A stretch of DNA of 36,180 nt, taken from Candidatus Thorarchaeota archaeon SMTZ1-45 (GTDB taxonomy: Archaea > Asgardarchaeota > Thorarchaeia > Thorarchaeales > Thorarchaeaceae). The first letter of the stretch is position 1, and the number at the start of each line of letters is the position of its first letter. Shown in pieces: positions 25,947-35,573 of this stretch. Under the pieces are notes generated by a model that saw nothing but the letters and a program-made list of their open reading frames with translations, ran no database searches and was not told the DNA's origin. A program made the position numbers and the translations under genes. The DNA is taken from contig LRSL01000093.1 of NCBI GenBank assembly GCA_001563335.1, positions 1 to 36,180 of the forward strand, given 5' to 3'.

Positions 25947-27278
25947 ATGAGTAAGAAGAAAGTAATTATCATGGGAGCAGCGGGTCGCGATTTTCATAAT
26001 TTCAATGTCTTCTTCAGAGATAATGAAGACTACGAGGTTGTTGCGTTCACTGCTGAGCAGATTCCAGGAATTGGTGACAGAATATACCCTCCAGAGCTCT
26101 CGGGACCACTCTATCCTAATGGAATCAAGATCTATCCAGAGGAGCACCTTCCTGAACTCATCAAGGAGTATGATGTTGAACAATGTATATTGGCTTACTC
26201 AGACCTACCACATGAGGTTGTAGGCCACAAAATTGCATGGGTGAATAGCCTTGGTCCTGATATGCGATTGATGGGACCAAGTACTACTATGATAAAAAGC
26301 AAGAAGCCTGTAATTGCAATATGTGCTGTCCGGACGGGATGTGGGAAGAGTCAGACTTCGAGACGCGTGAACCAGATTCTGGTGGACATGGGGCTTAAAC
26401 CTGTCAATATTCGACATCCGATGCCATATGACCCGGACCTTACGACACAGATTGCACAACGCTATGCAAATCTTGAGGATATGGATAAGTATCGTTGCAC
26501 AATTGAAGAACGTGAAGAATATGAACCTATGATAAAGATTGGAGTCATTCTTTATGCTGGTGTAGACTATGGTAAAATACTTGAACAAGCTGAAGCTGAA
26601 GCTGATGTGATCACATGGGATGGAGGTAACAACGACTTCCCATTCTATAAACCAGACCTTCTAATTGTTCTAACTGATCCTCATAGACCCAGCCATGAGA
26701 TCACCTACTACCCAGGTGAAACAAACCTCCGAATGGCTGACGTAGTCGTAATAAACAAGATCGATACTGCAGATTACGAGGATATCGAGGAGGTCAGAGA
26801 AAATATAATGATTGTCAACCCCAATGCAATGATTGTTGATGCAGCCTCTCCACTCACAATTGATGATATTGAAAAGATCCGAGGAAAACGGGTTATTGTG
26901 GTAGAGGATGGTCCAACTGTCACTCATGGTGATATGCCCTATGGTGCTGGATATATTGCGGCTAGGAAGGCAGGTGCAGTCATTGTAGATCCTAGACCAT
27001 TTGCCATTGGAAGCATTGAGGATACTTTTGAGAAATATTCACATCTAGAGGATGTTTTACCCGCGATGGGTTATGGTAAGAAGCAGATGGAGGAGCTCCA
27101 ACATACCATCAATAAGTCAGATGCTGAAGCAATCGTTATTGGTACTCCAATAGACCTCAATCGTGTTATTAAGATTGACAAACCAAATGTCAGAGTACGA
27201 TATGATCTTCAAGAGATCGGCAGGCCAAATCTTGAGGATGTCCTATCCGAGTTCGTTAAGAAACATGGACTAAAGTAG
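25947..27278 (+). CDS. COG2403 predicted GTPase / cyclic 2,3-diphosphoglycerate synthetase-like protein
   Basis: MGAAGRDFHNFN, P-loop AVRTGCGKSQT, RHPMPY, TIEEREEYEP, WDGGNND, NKID, VEDGPT. Confidence 0.92.
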   Translation: MSKKKVIIMGAAGRDFHNFNVFFRDNEDYEVVAFTAEQIPGIGDRIYPPELSGPLYPNGIKIYPEEHLPELIKEYDVEQCILAYSDLPHEVVGHKIAWVNSLGPDMRLMGPSTTMIKSKKPVIAICAVRTGCGKSQTSRRVNQILVDMGLKPVNIRHPMPYDPDLTTQIAQRYANLEDMDKYRCTIEEREEYEPMIKIGVILYAGVDYGKILEQAEAEADVITWDGGNNDFPFYKPDLLIVLTDPHRPSHEITYYPGETNLRMADVVVINKIDTADYEDIEEVRENIMIVNPNAMIVDAASPLTIDDIEKIRGKRVIVVEDGPTVTHGDMPYGAGYIAARKAGAVIVDPRPFAIGSIEDTFEKYSHLEDVLPAMGYGKKQMEELQHTINKSDAEAIVIGTPIDLNRVIKIDKPNVRVRYDLQEIGRPNLEDVLSEFVKKHGLK

Positions 27279-27285
27279 AATAACT

Positions 27286-27303
27286 GGGGGAGCAAACTCC
27301 CCC
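27286..27303. terminator. GC-rich hairpin between convergent genes
   Basis: GGGGGAG-CAAA-CTCCCCC, perfect 7-bp stem. Confidence 0.65.
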
Positions 27304-27322
27304 TTGGATTTCTACTTCTAAT

Positions 27323-28270
27323 TCACAGAACATATTCTGGAAAATCGCTTATTCCCTTCCGAGAATCCAAATCTCGGTATAGTACTGTTGCGAAGATATA
27401 ATTCAATGAACCAAAAAGCAGAGCTGAAATTAGAGACTGAATAAGGGCAGTATATGATTCTGGTAGGAAAGTGAAAGCTAGCACAACGCTAACAATTAAC
27501 CCCAAGACAAAGGTGGCAAGAATGAGAAGTATCAAACCTCCGAAAACATGGAAGAAATTACCACTTGTTAGCTCCCAAGACCTCTTCAAAGAGTCAAATG
27601 CTGATAGATCTGAATCAATCACAATTGCTAGTGTTGGAGTAAACCGGACTTGGAGGTAGATAAGGAAAATTCCCCCTATTATTAGGATACCTAAAGCTGA
27701 CATCAACAGCTCTATAGATTGTGGTGGAATGATAGGATTTAATGGGTCTGAGAGATCAATCATTTCCAAAGCTCTGAAAGCCAGTATTGTAAATGGTGTG
27801 AGTACAATTGCAATAAAAGCAGAAAGAATTAGCTGTACAACTATGACATTCAATACTCGTCCAATAGAATGTGAGAAACTAGTACCAATATCTCCTCTTT
27901 TTTCACCATATTCATCAAGAGTAAACTTGATTGCAGCACCAGCGATGATTGCATTAAGGACAAATGCGAATATAGCAAATCCCATTGAAACGGTTACCAG
28001 TGTGAAATCTGATATTGGGTCAAGAAAGAGGCTTATCATATAGCTGATGGGGTCTGTACTTAGGGTTCCAAATAGATCAAACATTACTGAGAGAAGTAAA
28101 AAAGACCCGCCTACCAATGTCGCTCCTATAATACCAACAATGATGATGTATTGGATTAAATTTCGATACCATAATGAAATTGTTCTAGTAACAAGTTCAG
28201 AGGCACTACCTGCATAGTCATGGGCTATTGACTGAGAGGGGGCTATTCCAAGATCATCTTCAAAGGCCAT
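27323..28270 (-). CDS. Multi-pass membrane protein (GPDPase membrane-anchor / DUF975-like)
   Basis: About 6 TM; DLSAFDSLKRSWELTSGNFFHVFG and terminal TVLYRDL motifs. Confidence 0.8.
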   Translation of the reverse strand: MAFEDDLGIAPSQSIAHDYAGSASELVTRTISLWYRNLIQYIIIVGIIGATLVGGSFLLLSVMFDLFGTLSTDPISYMISLFLDPISDFTLVTVSMGFAIFAFVLNAIIAGAAIKFTLDEYGEKRGDIGTSFSHSIGRVLNVIVVQLILSAFIAIVLTPFTILAFRALEMIDLSDPLNPIIPPQSIELLMSALGILIIGGIFLIYLQVRFTPTLAIVIDSDLSAFDSLKRSWELTSGNFFHVFGGLILLILATFVLGLIVSVVLAFTFLPESYTALIQSLISALLFGSLNYIFATVLYRDLDSRKGISDFPEYVL

Positions 28271-28353
28271 TTGAAATCCTCATTATATTTTGTTGCTACC
28301 AATTTGTTATAACAACTACGCATCCGAGGAGAACCTTGTAATGTGATATCGAC

Positions 28354-29949
28354 CTATGCAGGTTTAGGTCTATTATCAATGATCTCCATGAATTTCATAC
28401 CACCAGCTCGTTCAACTAGTTCTTCGAAGTCAATGATGGTCACACTTGGAGTCACCTCTGCGTTTGTCTTAGTTACCTGCTGAATATCTAAGATTAAGGA
28501 TTTGTAATCATTTGAGATAGGGCCTCTGGGGGCGACATAGAGATTCAAGACATCCATACTATATGGATCTGACATATCTTCCTTGGCAACCTCAATTTGA
28601 ACTTCTTCAATCTGACTGTTTGAGAGGAGCATCTCTCTGAGTGCAGTAAGATTGACAGTTGCGCCTTTGATCTTCTTCTCACTTATACCCATGATTTCCA
28701 TCTGAGCTTGTGCATCATTCGTCCTACCAATATCCCAAAAGAAGGGACCATCAAACTCACAGTGAGGACATTTACCTTTCTCCTGATGTGAGGCCACATC
28801 ACCAAGCAGGAATCCTTCAAACACAGTACCAGTCCCATCAAGGTGGAATAGGCACATATGTCCAGATTCATCTTCACCAACGAAATCATAGGTTCCATCA
28901 TCATTGAACTTAATGAGCTCGAAAGCAAGCATCAAGGGAGACACATTATGATATGGTCCATGACGATTGCACTGGACAGCGAATGATATCTTGCTCTCAG
29001 AGGATGCATATCCACCAACAACACGAACCTCCTTGGCACCCTTCTCTGTTAGGGTTTCAACCATTTCATCAACCACAGGTTCATAGATTTTTTCACCAGC
29101 TAAAAGCAGAACACACCTCTCAGGAGCTTCATAGTTAGTCGCATCCTTCATTGTTCTGAAGAATCTGTTTCGAAGATAGCTTGGCATTCCTGCAAATCCA
29201 TTCACCTTGAATAGACCTGCTAGATCGACAAGTCTCTCACTGGGAATTGCACCACCAGCACTAGTAGCAACATAGAACTTTGACATCTGCTTAAGACCTA
29301 AGTTGACAGCATGCCAACCAAGATGAGGGGCATAAGGAAAGAGGTTCATGCTAATCAGCTCCCACCCACTGTCGACAAAAGGATCAATTGACATCTGCCC
29401 AACTTTGACACAGTTTTTATACAAGAGATCATTGTCATATCGAGTTAAGAAGACTGGAGAAGGTAATCCAGAAGCTCTCCCTGAACTAAGCCAGAATTGC
29501 AGTGGTGAGAACTGATACGTTGCTCTTTCTTTCAACCGAGCTGTCGCAGCTTCTTTGCCAATTCGCAGCTTGACCTTTGCACCATTGTTACGTATGAATT
29601 TGGCTAGTTCCCTATGACCTGCTTCATTTGCATACTTCATAAGATTACCAATTGCCTCAGCAGATTCTCGGGGTTTGCCATCAACTTCTGTTGGATTCAG
29701 CACGAATTTCTGGATGTGTTCCCTGTAGTCGATTTTTTTGACAAGGGGAATGTTGTATTTAGCCCAGTCCTCGATGCAGGTAATGTTGAATGGGTCAATA
29801 TTGTTGTCTTTGAACAATTTTCGGTAGTATTGATGATTCGGCCATACTTGATACCGAATAAACGCTCTGAATTTCTTGTCTTGGATATCTTTTATCTCAT
29901 GATGATTTGTCTTCTTCAACTCTTGAAATGTGAATGTATCCTTAGTCAA
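28354..29949 (-). CDS. Phenylacetate-CoA ligase (PaaK)-like adenylate-forming enzyme
   Basis: YYRKLF, IPLVKK, SSGRASG loop, GMPSYL, AGE, YASSE, GD, GR, KIKGATV; TTG 29949 after GGAGG (track start 30039). Confidence 0.85.
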   Translation of the reverse strand: MTKDTFTFQELKKTNHHEIKDIQDKKFRAFIRYQVWPNHQYYRKLFKDNNIDPFNITCIEDWAKYNIPLVKKIDYREHIQKFVLNPTEVDGKPRESAEAIGNLMKYANEAGHRELAKFIRNNGAKVKLRIGKEAATARLKERATYQFSPLQFWLSSGRASGLPSPVFLTRYDNDLLYKNCVKVGQMSIDPFVDSGWELISMNLFPYAPHLGWHAVNLGLKQMSKFYVATSAGGAIPSERLVDLAGLFKVNGFAGMPSYLRNRFFRTMKDATNYEAPERCVLLLAGEKIYEPVVDEMVETLTEKGAKEVRVVGGYASSESKISFAVQCNRHGPYHNVSPLMLAFELIKFNDDGTYDFVGEDESGHMCLFHLDGTGTVFEGFLLGDVASHQEKGKCPHCEFDGPFFWDIGRTNDAQAQMEIMGISEKKIKGATVNLTALREMLLSNSQIEEVQIEVAKEDMSDPYSMDVLNLYVAPRGPISNDYKSLILDIQQVTKTNAEVTPSVTIIDFEELVERAGGMKFMEIIDNRPKPA

Positions 29950-30115
29950 TTGATAACCTCCATGGAGTGATGCATCCGCAGTATCGCGAGCAAAGCCAGC
30001 ATAATAAATTTGTGAGCAATGATAATTTACGAAATACACGCCTTTAAGGGTCTAAAGTAGAAACCCATAATAGACTAGTTCACAGTGAACAATCGTCTAA
30101 GACTATTAGTAAGGA

Positions 30116-30556
30116 GTGATATCATTGTCAGAAGCTGACGAAAAACTGCAGAAGGGTATCATTGAACTCGACAAAGGGAATGACAAGAAGGCATTCAGTC
30201 TTTTTAAAGAGGTCTTTGAAGAGAGACAGGAAAGACTCCTCAAGAAGGTGCAGGATAATCCGAAGTCTCCAACATTAATGTTAGATGCACTCTATATGAT
30301 TCACGGACTTGTATGGCTGAGAGTGGCAGAAGCAGGAAAAGAGAAGAAACATAGTGTCGAACTTCTAGGAAAAGCAGTGGGCACAGTTGAGGCAGCAAGA
30401 ACAGCTTTGGGACCACTGGTGACAGGTCTTGCTCAATGGGCTAAAGAGAAGAACATCAAAGTAGTCCACAACAAAGCATTAGGACTTCTTGCTGCAACAA
30501 AGGACCTTGAAGATATGGCAAAGAAGGCTTTAGAAGCGAGTCGAAGAATGGGGTAA
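30116..30556 (+). CDS. Hypothetical all-helical (TPR-like) protein
   Basis: Helix-pair pattern with small residues; RBS-like AGGAG. Confidence 0.7.
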   Translation: MISLSEADEKLQKGIIELDKGNDKKAFSLFKEVFEERQERLLKKVQDNPKSPTLMLDALYMIHGLVWLRVAEAGKEKKHSVELLGKAVGTVEAARTALGPLVTGLAQWAKEKNIKVVHNKALGLLAATKDLEDMAKKALEASRRMG

Positions 30557-30603
30557 TATATCACCAGCTCATCTGATTATTGAATCACACCTATTTTGAA
30601 GTC

Positions 30604-30939
30604 TTACTTTTTCATATGTTCAGACCATTCTTCAGCAGAGAATCGTTCTTCCATTATTTCAAGCTCAGAGAGAATCGCAGATTCAAGGTCTACTCCAAAT
30701 GTGTTAGCAATTTGTGTAAAGAGATTGAAAGCTTGTGCGAACTCACGATTCAGATCTTCTTTCTTTGGAGCTTCATGCCCCATACCTATGACCTTGTAAC
30801 CTTCTTTTATTGTGATATATCTGGAAATCTCTCCCAGCTCCTCTATCAGATGGGAAAAAACTAGTGAAGCAGGAAATCTATCCCATCCGCGCGCCTTATC
30901 GAACTTGTCAAGTTTTTCTTGGATTTCTCGGAGATGCAT
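30604..30939 (-). CDS. MazG-like all-alpha NTP pyrophosphohydrolase
   Basis: HLIEELGEISR, LNREFA, IANTFGVDLESA. Confidence 0.85.
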   Translation of the reverse strand: MHLREIQEKLDKFDKARGWDRFPASLVFSHLIEELGEISRYITIKEGYKVIGMGHEAPKKEDLNREFAQAFNLFTQIANTFGVDLESAILSELEIMEERFSAEEWSEHMKK

Positions 30940-31704
30940 CTATATCATCCTCTTTGTGATTTCTATTACTTTGTAACGAGCTTGGTCTATTGCTGATGGA
31001 GGGGGATTCTTCATTGGTCCGAGTACTGTATCTTCTGGAAGTGGGGTGCCTCCAAGAAACATAGCCTCACTTATACTACCCATCATCTCAACAGGGGGTA
31101 GAACAGCACATGCTAGTTTTAAACCTGGTTTAATATCGCGGATATTAGTGACAATCTTCCAGATTCTAGTACCATCAGTGCATCTACATTCGGTAAGATT
31201 TTTTGAGTCTTGTACATTTTGAACTTTACTTACCTCTACTGCGAGAATATCGACTGCAAATGCAGGGTCATCAGGAAAATCTTGAAGTTTCACTTTCAAT
31301 CTCTCAACAATTCGAAAAGAATAGTACACATTTGCGAGGTTGAGGGTTTCATTGATGGTTGAAGGTCTGTAGCCATATGACTTAATGGCTTCTTCAAGAA
31401 CACTTCTAAATTCTGATATACTATCAACAAGCTTCTCTGTAACCTCCAGCTCCGCGACATTTGGTGCAGGAATATATGAGTATTTGATTTCATAAATCAG
31501 ACTTCCAGCTTTCTGGAGAGCAGCTGCAAGTCGTGAATAGTCAACATGTAGCTTGAGTTTTCTATTGCCCACAGTTTCATGCAGACGCCTAAGTGCATCT
31601 TCAAGCACTAGTAATCTAGCATCCTTCGCAGTATCCATCAGATTCATCAAATCTACTGAATCAAAGACCTCAGATAAACCTCTCTCACGAGGTAAGGAGG
31701 CCAC
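30940..31704 (-). CDS. Archaeal tRNA-binding protein with C-terminal EMAP/OB domain (COG2517-like)
   Basis: MDTAKDARL, EIKYSYI, AVDILAVEV, IVTN, LPPVEMMGSISEAMFLG; real start probably at MDTAKD. Confidence 0.85.
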   Translation of the reverse strand: MASLPRERGLSEVFDSVDLMNLMDTAKDARLLVLEDALRRLHETVGNRKLKLHVDYSRLAAALQKAGSLIYEIKYSYIPAPNVAELEVTEKLVDSISEFRSVLEEAIKSYGYRPSTINETLNLANVYYSFRIVERLKVKLQDFPDDPAFAVDILAVEVSKVQNVQDSKNLTECRCTDGTRIWKIVTNIRDIKPGLKLACAVLPPVEMMGSISEAMFLGGTPLPEDTVLGPMKNPPPSAIDQARYKVIEITKRMI

Positions 31705-31767
31705 ACGAAGTGATATAAAGACACGCGCGATATTCCAGCAAGATTTCAGCAGTGGGAGCTATGCACC

Positions 31768-32379
31768 TTGATACAAGCCGTGTACATCCTAATTGCAGAT
31801 AGTGGTCTTTGTGTCCTCGATAGGAAATATGGTGAGGCAGACATGGATCCCAATCTCATTAGTGGATTTCTTACAGCTCTAATACAGTTCGGCCGTGAAC
31901 TCAGTGATGGAAATCGAGTTCATGTGATTGATTTTGGTGCTTTCGACATTTGCCTCTCACTCAAGGACAATATAATTGTAGCAGCTATAGTAGACAAAGT
32001 TGATGATGGGAATGCTGCTATGGCAGTTCTTGGTGAAGTCAACAATGCTTTCTCAAAGAATTATGGCAACATGCTTCAAGAATGGGATGGTAACCTTGAG
32101 CCTTTCGAGTCATTCTATAGACCATTGGATGAGATTACAAAAGATGGTCATGCATCAGAAACTAAGATTGTAGTGCCAGTTCTGAGGGGAAAGATCAATC
32201 CTATGCTTGTTCGTTTGGGTCAGATGAGTCAGATGACCTTTGATGTAGCAAAGATGTGTAATGGAAAGCTCACAACAAGGGATATTGCAGACCAACTTGG
32301 TATGCACATGAAAGAGGTTCAGAAGTCACTCAATGTACTTGAGGATATGAAAATCCTTGAGTGGAAAGAGATTGGGTAA
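31768..32379 (+). CDS. Longin-like domain plus C-terminal wHTH
   Basis: MIQAVYILIADSGLCVLDRKY..DPNLISGFLTALIQFGREL...WDGNLEPFESF is the typical Asgard longin pattern; wHTH CNGKLTTRDIADQLG..EVQKSLNVLE. Confidence 0.85.
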   Translation: MIQAVYILIADSGLCVLDRKYGEADMDPNLISGFLTALIQFGRELSDGNRVHVIDFGAFDICLSLKDNIIVAAIVDKVDDGNAAMAVLGEVNNAFSKNYGNMLQEWDGNLEPFESFYRPLDEITKDGHASETKIVVPVLRGKINPMLVRLGQMSQMTFDVAKMCNGKLTTRDIADQLGMHMKEVQKSLNVLEDMKILEWKEIG

Positions 32380-32444
32380 AACCATATGAATCCTATTTCA
32401 TTCTGACTCTATCTAATTGTTTCATATCTATGATGATATTCAAG

Positions 32445-33155
32445 CTATGAAGCCTGGCCCCATTCATTTCCAGCAGCAATAAGGATGAGTCCGATAACAA
32501 TTAAACCTGGAGCCATAACTCCGGGTATTGTTACTGAGCCAAATACCATATCTGCGAGGAAATAACGTGCTGCATGAATCACTCTTCCTGCGAAAAGAAC
32601 AAAGAATCCAAGTCCCAGGAATAGATTAGATCTTCGTAACATACCTCCTGATTGCCATGCAAGATACCAAAAGAGTAATGGAATAAAGAGAGCGTAGATA
32701 GCACCAGCTGTTCCTGAGAGGAGCACTCTAGTAGTAGCATCTAATGGAATGAATCCAAGAACAAACCCAAGTCCCACAGCTGGAACAGCAAATGCGATTT
32801 CTGCCCAACGCTTTCCAAAAATCATGAATCCTGCGGTTGCAGATAATAGAGCTAAAGCCATCCATTGGAAGAAAGCACCAGCCATTAACCAGAAGGGAGA
32901 TTCACCAAGGTAGGGAGTATAGATAACTAGAGTTCCAGTTAGACTGGCGGGGTCAGCATAGAAATCCCCAACGAAATAGAAACACCGACCAATGGCCAAT
33001 AGCAAAAAGAACATTGCCATAGCGAACTGGAATGGATTCCCAGTTTTTCTCCAGCGGAAGAACAATAGGAAAATGAACAAGAAGAAATAGTATCCCACAA
33101 CTAAGAACCATAAACCGGCATGAACTTCTCGAATGACCATATCTACTGTTTGCAT
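32445..33155 (-). CDS. Approximately 7-TM membrane protein
   Basis: Seven hydrophobic segments, no soluble domain. Confidence 0.8.
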   Translation of the reverse strand: MQTVDMVIREVHAGLWFLVVGYYFFLFIFLLFFRWRKTGNPFQFAMAMFFLLLAIGRCFYFVGDFYADPASLTGTLVIYTPYLGESPFWLMAGAFFQWMALALLSATAGFMIFGKRWAEIAFAVPAVGLGFVLGFIPLDATTRVLLSGTAGAIYALFIPLLFWYLAWQSGGMLRRSNLFLGLGFFVLFAGRVIHAARYFLADMVFGSVTIPGVMAPGLIVIGLILIAAGNEWGQAS

Positions 33156-33292
33156 TCTATTGGCTCCATCCTAATCCTTCTAAATCTTGAGCTGCCTGCT
33201 AACAAATAAAGATATTCCGAGTAGGTAAAAACCGCATGATACGCCGTGACAACTTCTATATTCGACGAAAATCTCTGTTCTATCTGTGTGAG

Positions 33293-33697
33293 ATGAACTC
33301 AGAACCTAGATGGAAACTACAAACAGATGATTCAGATATAGAGGAGTTCATCGATATTCGACGAAAGGTAGGGAATCAGATTATTCGTGAATACCTGCTT
33401 GATGGCGTAGAAAATAGCGAGAGAATCGATCGAGTTTCAGGCAAGCTTAGAGGACCAAAGAATGAGTTCAAGGATTTTGCAAACTTCCTCATACTCAAGT
33501 TATCAGTAGATGGTTTAATGGTTAAATTTCTTGCAGAAGCAGGAGTATATGACAATCTCAGAATTGTTGCTGTTGATTCAAAGAACCTAGCTGAAAGAAG
33601 TTCTGACGATATAATCCGAATCTTCACTGAAGCTCTTGAAAATCCAGATAGCTACAACACGAAAGTAGTTCTAAGTGATGACTCAACAGTCCGATAA
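33293..33697 (+). CDS. Hypothetical protein
   Basis: Open frame with globular composition, coupled to the next gene; start 33293 or 33236. Confidence 0.65.
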   Translation: MNSEPRWKLQTDDSDIEEFIDIRRKVGNQIIREYLLDGVENSERIDRVSGKLRGPKNEFKDFANFLILKLSVDGLMVKFLAEAGVYDNLRIVAVDSKNLAERSSDDIIRIFTEALENPDSYNTKVVLSDDSTVR

Positions 33698-33710
33698 GGT
33701 GGAAACATAA

Positions 33711-33902
33711 ATGTTAGAGAGATATGCAAAATGTCCTATTTGTGAAAAAAGAACTGTCTTAAGAGTTCCCCCAGATGTCGTTAAGAAGGCAGATAGATTT
33801 CCATTCACAATAAAGGTCAAACATGAGAAGCACTATTTTTACATTAATATCGATAGTCAAGCATGGATTACTGATATTCTACATCCAGAGTTAGTTGAGT
33901 AA
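33711..33902 (+). CDS. Small Zn-binding protein (CxxC...HxxH)
   Basis: CPICEK...FPFTIKVKHEKH; AGGTGG RBS. Confidence 0.75.
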   Translation: MLERYAKCPICEKRTVLRVPPDVVKKADRFPFTIKVKHEKHYFYINIDSQAWITDILHPELVE

Positions 33903-33903
33903 T

Positions 33904-34719
33904 TCATCCAATATATCTGTCAGATGGACTACTATCATCAATTGGTGGAGGACCTTTCTGAGCAATCTCATCCATTGCCCATTGAATGAATTCGACAACT
34001 CTCTCAACCTCCGTGTCTATCACATCAAAATGAGCTTTAATTCCTACTAAATCACTTAATTTCTCTAAGAGAATCCTTGCAGCTCTATAGTCTGCTTTTA
34101 TCACTCCTATCGTTTCGCCAAGTAAACATGCACCCTCCATATCATAAATTGAAGCAGCCCAATTAGGGATAATTCCATTTGCACCTACTACTACCCCCTC
34201 TTCTGTTGCAATCATTCCATCAGATTGCGATATCTTATCCAAGAGATTCTGAGAACTTGCTGATACATACACTCTTGGGGGTGATGGAAATGAGCCAAAG
34301 TATTCTTGGTATTCTTGTTCATATGCTGCTAAGGAGTACATCTCTTTCACTCCAAGATTGGAGAATTCATTGGCTACATAGTCTGCGTACTCGTAGACAC
34401 CTGTTCCCGAAGCTGGCTGGAAATCAGCAGTAAGTATTAGAAGATCGTGCGGCTCATCCGGAGCAGCTCGATAGAGGTGGATTGAAGACTTTGGACAACT
34501 AGATATTCCTTTTCGAACTATAACTCGCGGAGGAAAATCATTACTGAAGAAATCCATAACATGCATAGCATCTAAAACTCTCGTAAGAGTTTGCATTGCA
34601 ATTCTTCCAACATTTGCGATTCCAGGTAGACCAACTATGCCAATTGGAGATTTCAAAGATGCTGCATCTACTTCAATAAATCGACGCGTATACATAACTA
34701 GTAATTGTAGTAAATACAT
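33904..34719 (-). CDS. PAC2-family proteasome assembly chaperone-like protein
   Basis: VGLPGIANVGRIA, DFPPRV, ILTADFQP, GVVVGANG, GACLLGET, DYRAA; C-terminus RYIG. Confidence 0.9.
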   Translation of the reverse strand: MYLLQLLVMYTRRFIEVDAASLKSPIGIVGLPGIANVGRIAMQTLTRVLDAMHVMDFFSNDFPPRVIVRKGISSCPKSSIHLYRAAPDEPHDLLILTADFQPASGTGVYEYADYVANEFSNLGVKEMYSLAAYEQEYQEYFGSFPSPPRVYVSASSQNLLDKISQSDGMIATEEGVVVGANGIIPNWAASIYDMEGACLLGETIGVIKADYRAARILLEKLSDLVGIKAHFDVIDTEVERVVEFIQWAMDEIAQKGPPPIDDSSPSDRYIG

Positions 34720-34742
34720 TTGGTACTTTGGGTCAGGGAGTT

Positions 34743-35501
34743 TTATAATCTATAGAATTGGATTGCATTCGATGTAGTTGAACGAGCAACCTCCTCATCA
34801 GGTAAATCCAGTATTTCACAAAGACTTTCAACACCATATATGATGTTAGCTGGCTCATTTCGATCTGGTGTTGGTGAAAGATAGGGTCCATCAGTTTCCA
34901 ATAGAATTTGCTCAAGTGGAATAATCTCAGCTGCATCTCTTCTGTTTCGATATTTGCTAAAATTCGCTGGAAGTGTGATATACCATCCATTGTCTGCAAC
35001 TCGCTTTGCAGCTTCTAGAGGACCATCAAAGCAGTGCATTAGAACATCTCCAGAGAAACACTTCTCAAGAATATCTATAGCTTCAGTTTCTGCTTTACGA
35101 GAATGGATAACAATGGGAAGTGACAACTCAGTTGCCAATTCAATAAACATCTGAAATAGTGGTTCTTGGTTCTTGCGACCTCTGGAATCCTTTACCCAAT
35201 AATAGTCTAATCCAACTTCTCCAACTGCTACTATTTCCTTGGAATACTTGCGAATAAGTGCCGCTATTTTCTCTGCTTCATCAGAAGTAAGTTGTGATAC
35301 ACTACAACCAGGAGAATGATGAATGAAACCCTCATGCTTTTTCACAATTCCTAAAGTCCTACGAAATGATGCGGTTCCAATAGAACTTGTCACCATTCCA
35401 ACCAGACCTGCATCTTTCGCCCTCTGAATGACTTTTTCTATATCATTCTTGAAATGCTTCATATCAATGTGGGTATGTGCATCAAATAGCTCCAATGTCA
35501 A
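34743..35501 (-). CDS. tatD: TatD-family hydrolase/DNase
   Basis: DAHTH, AVGEVGLDY, PIVIHSR, MHCF, LLETDGPY, RNEP. Confidence 0.95.
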   Translation of the reverse strand: MTLELFDAHTHIDMKHFKNDIEKVIQRAKDAGLVGMVTSSIGTASFRRTLGIVKKHEGFIHHSPGCSVSQLTSDEAEKIAALIRKYSKEIVAVGEVGLDYYWVKDSRGRKNQEPLFQMFIELATELSLPIVIHSRKAETEAIDILEKCFSGDVLMHCFDGPLEAAKRVADNGWYITLPANFSKYRNRRDAAEIIPLEQILLETDGPYLSPTPDRNEPANIIYGVESLCEILDLPDEEVARSTTSNAIQFYRL

Positions 35502-35573
35502 TTGCTCCGTATTTCGATTTAGACGAGACGTCTTTAATTATCGATTGATATGGACCTAAGAATGGGGACCAAT

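Noticed and set aside
25803-26183. 126-aa minus-strand ORF upstream of the E2F-like gene
   Set aside because: Mostly antisense to the conserved GTPase; no motif support.
25947-27278. Treating this GTPase as the Rag/Ras-like target of the vWA cluster
   Set aside because: Motifs match the widespread COG2403 family, not small Ras-like GTPases.
33258-33366. 13-bp direct repeat ATATTCGACGAAA, two copies
   Set aside because: Only two copies, at least one within coding sequence; no array or mobile-element context, plausibly chance.
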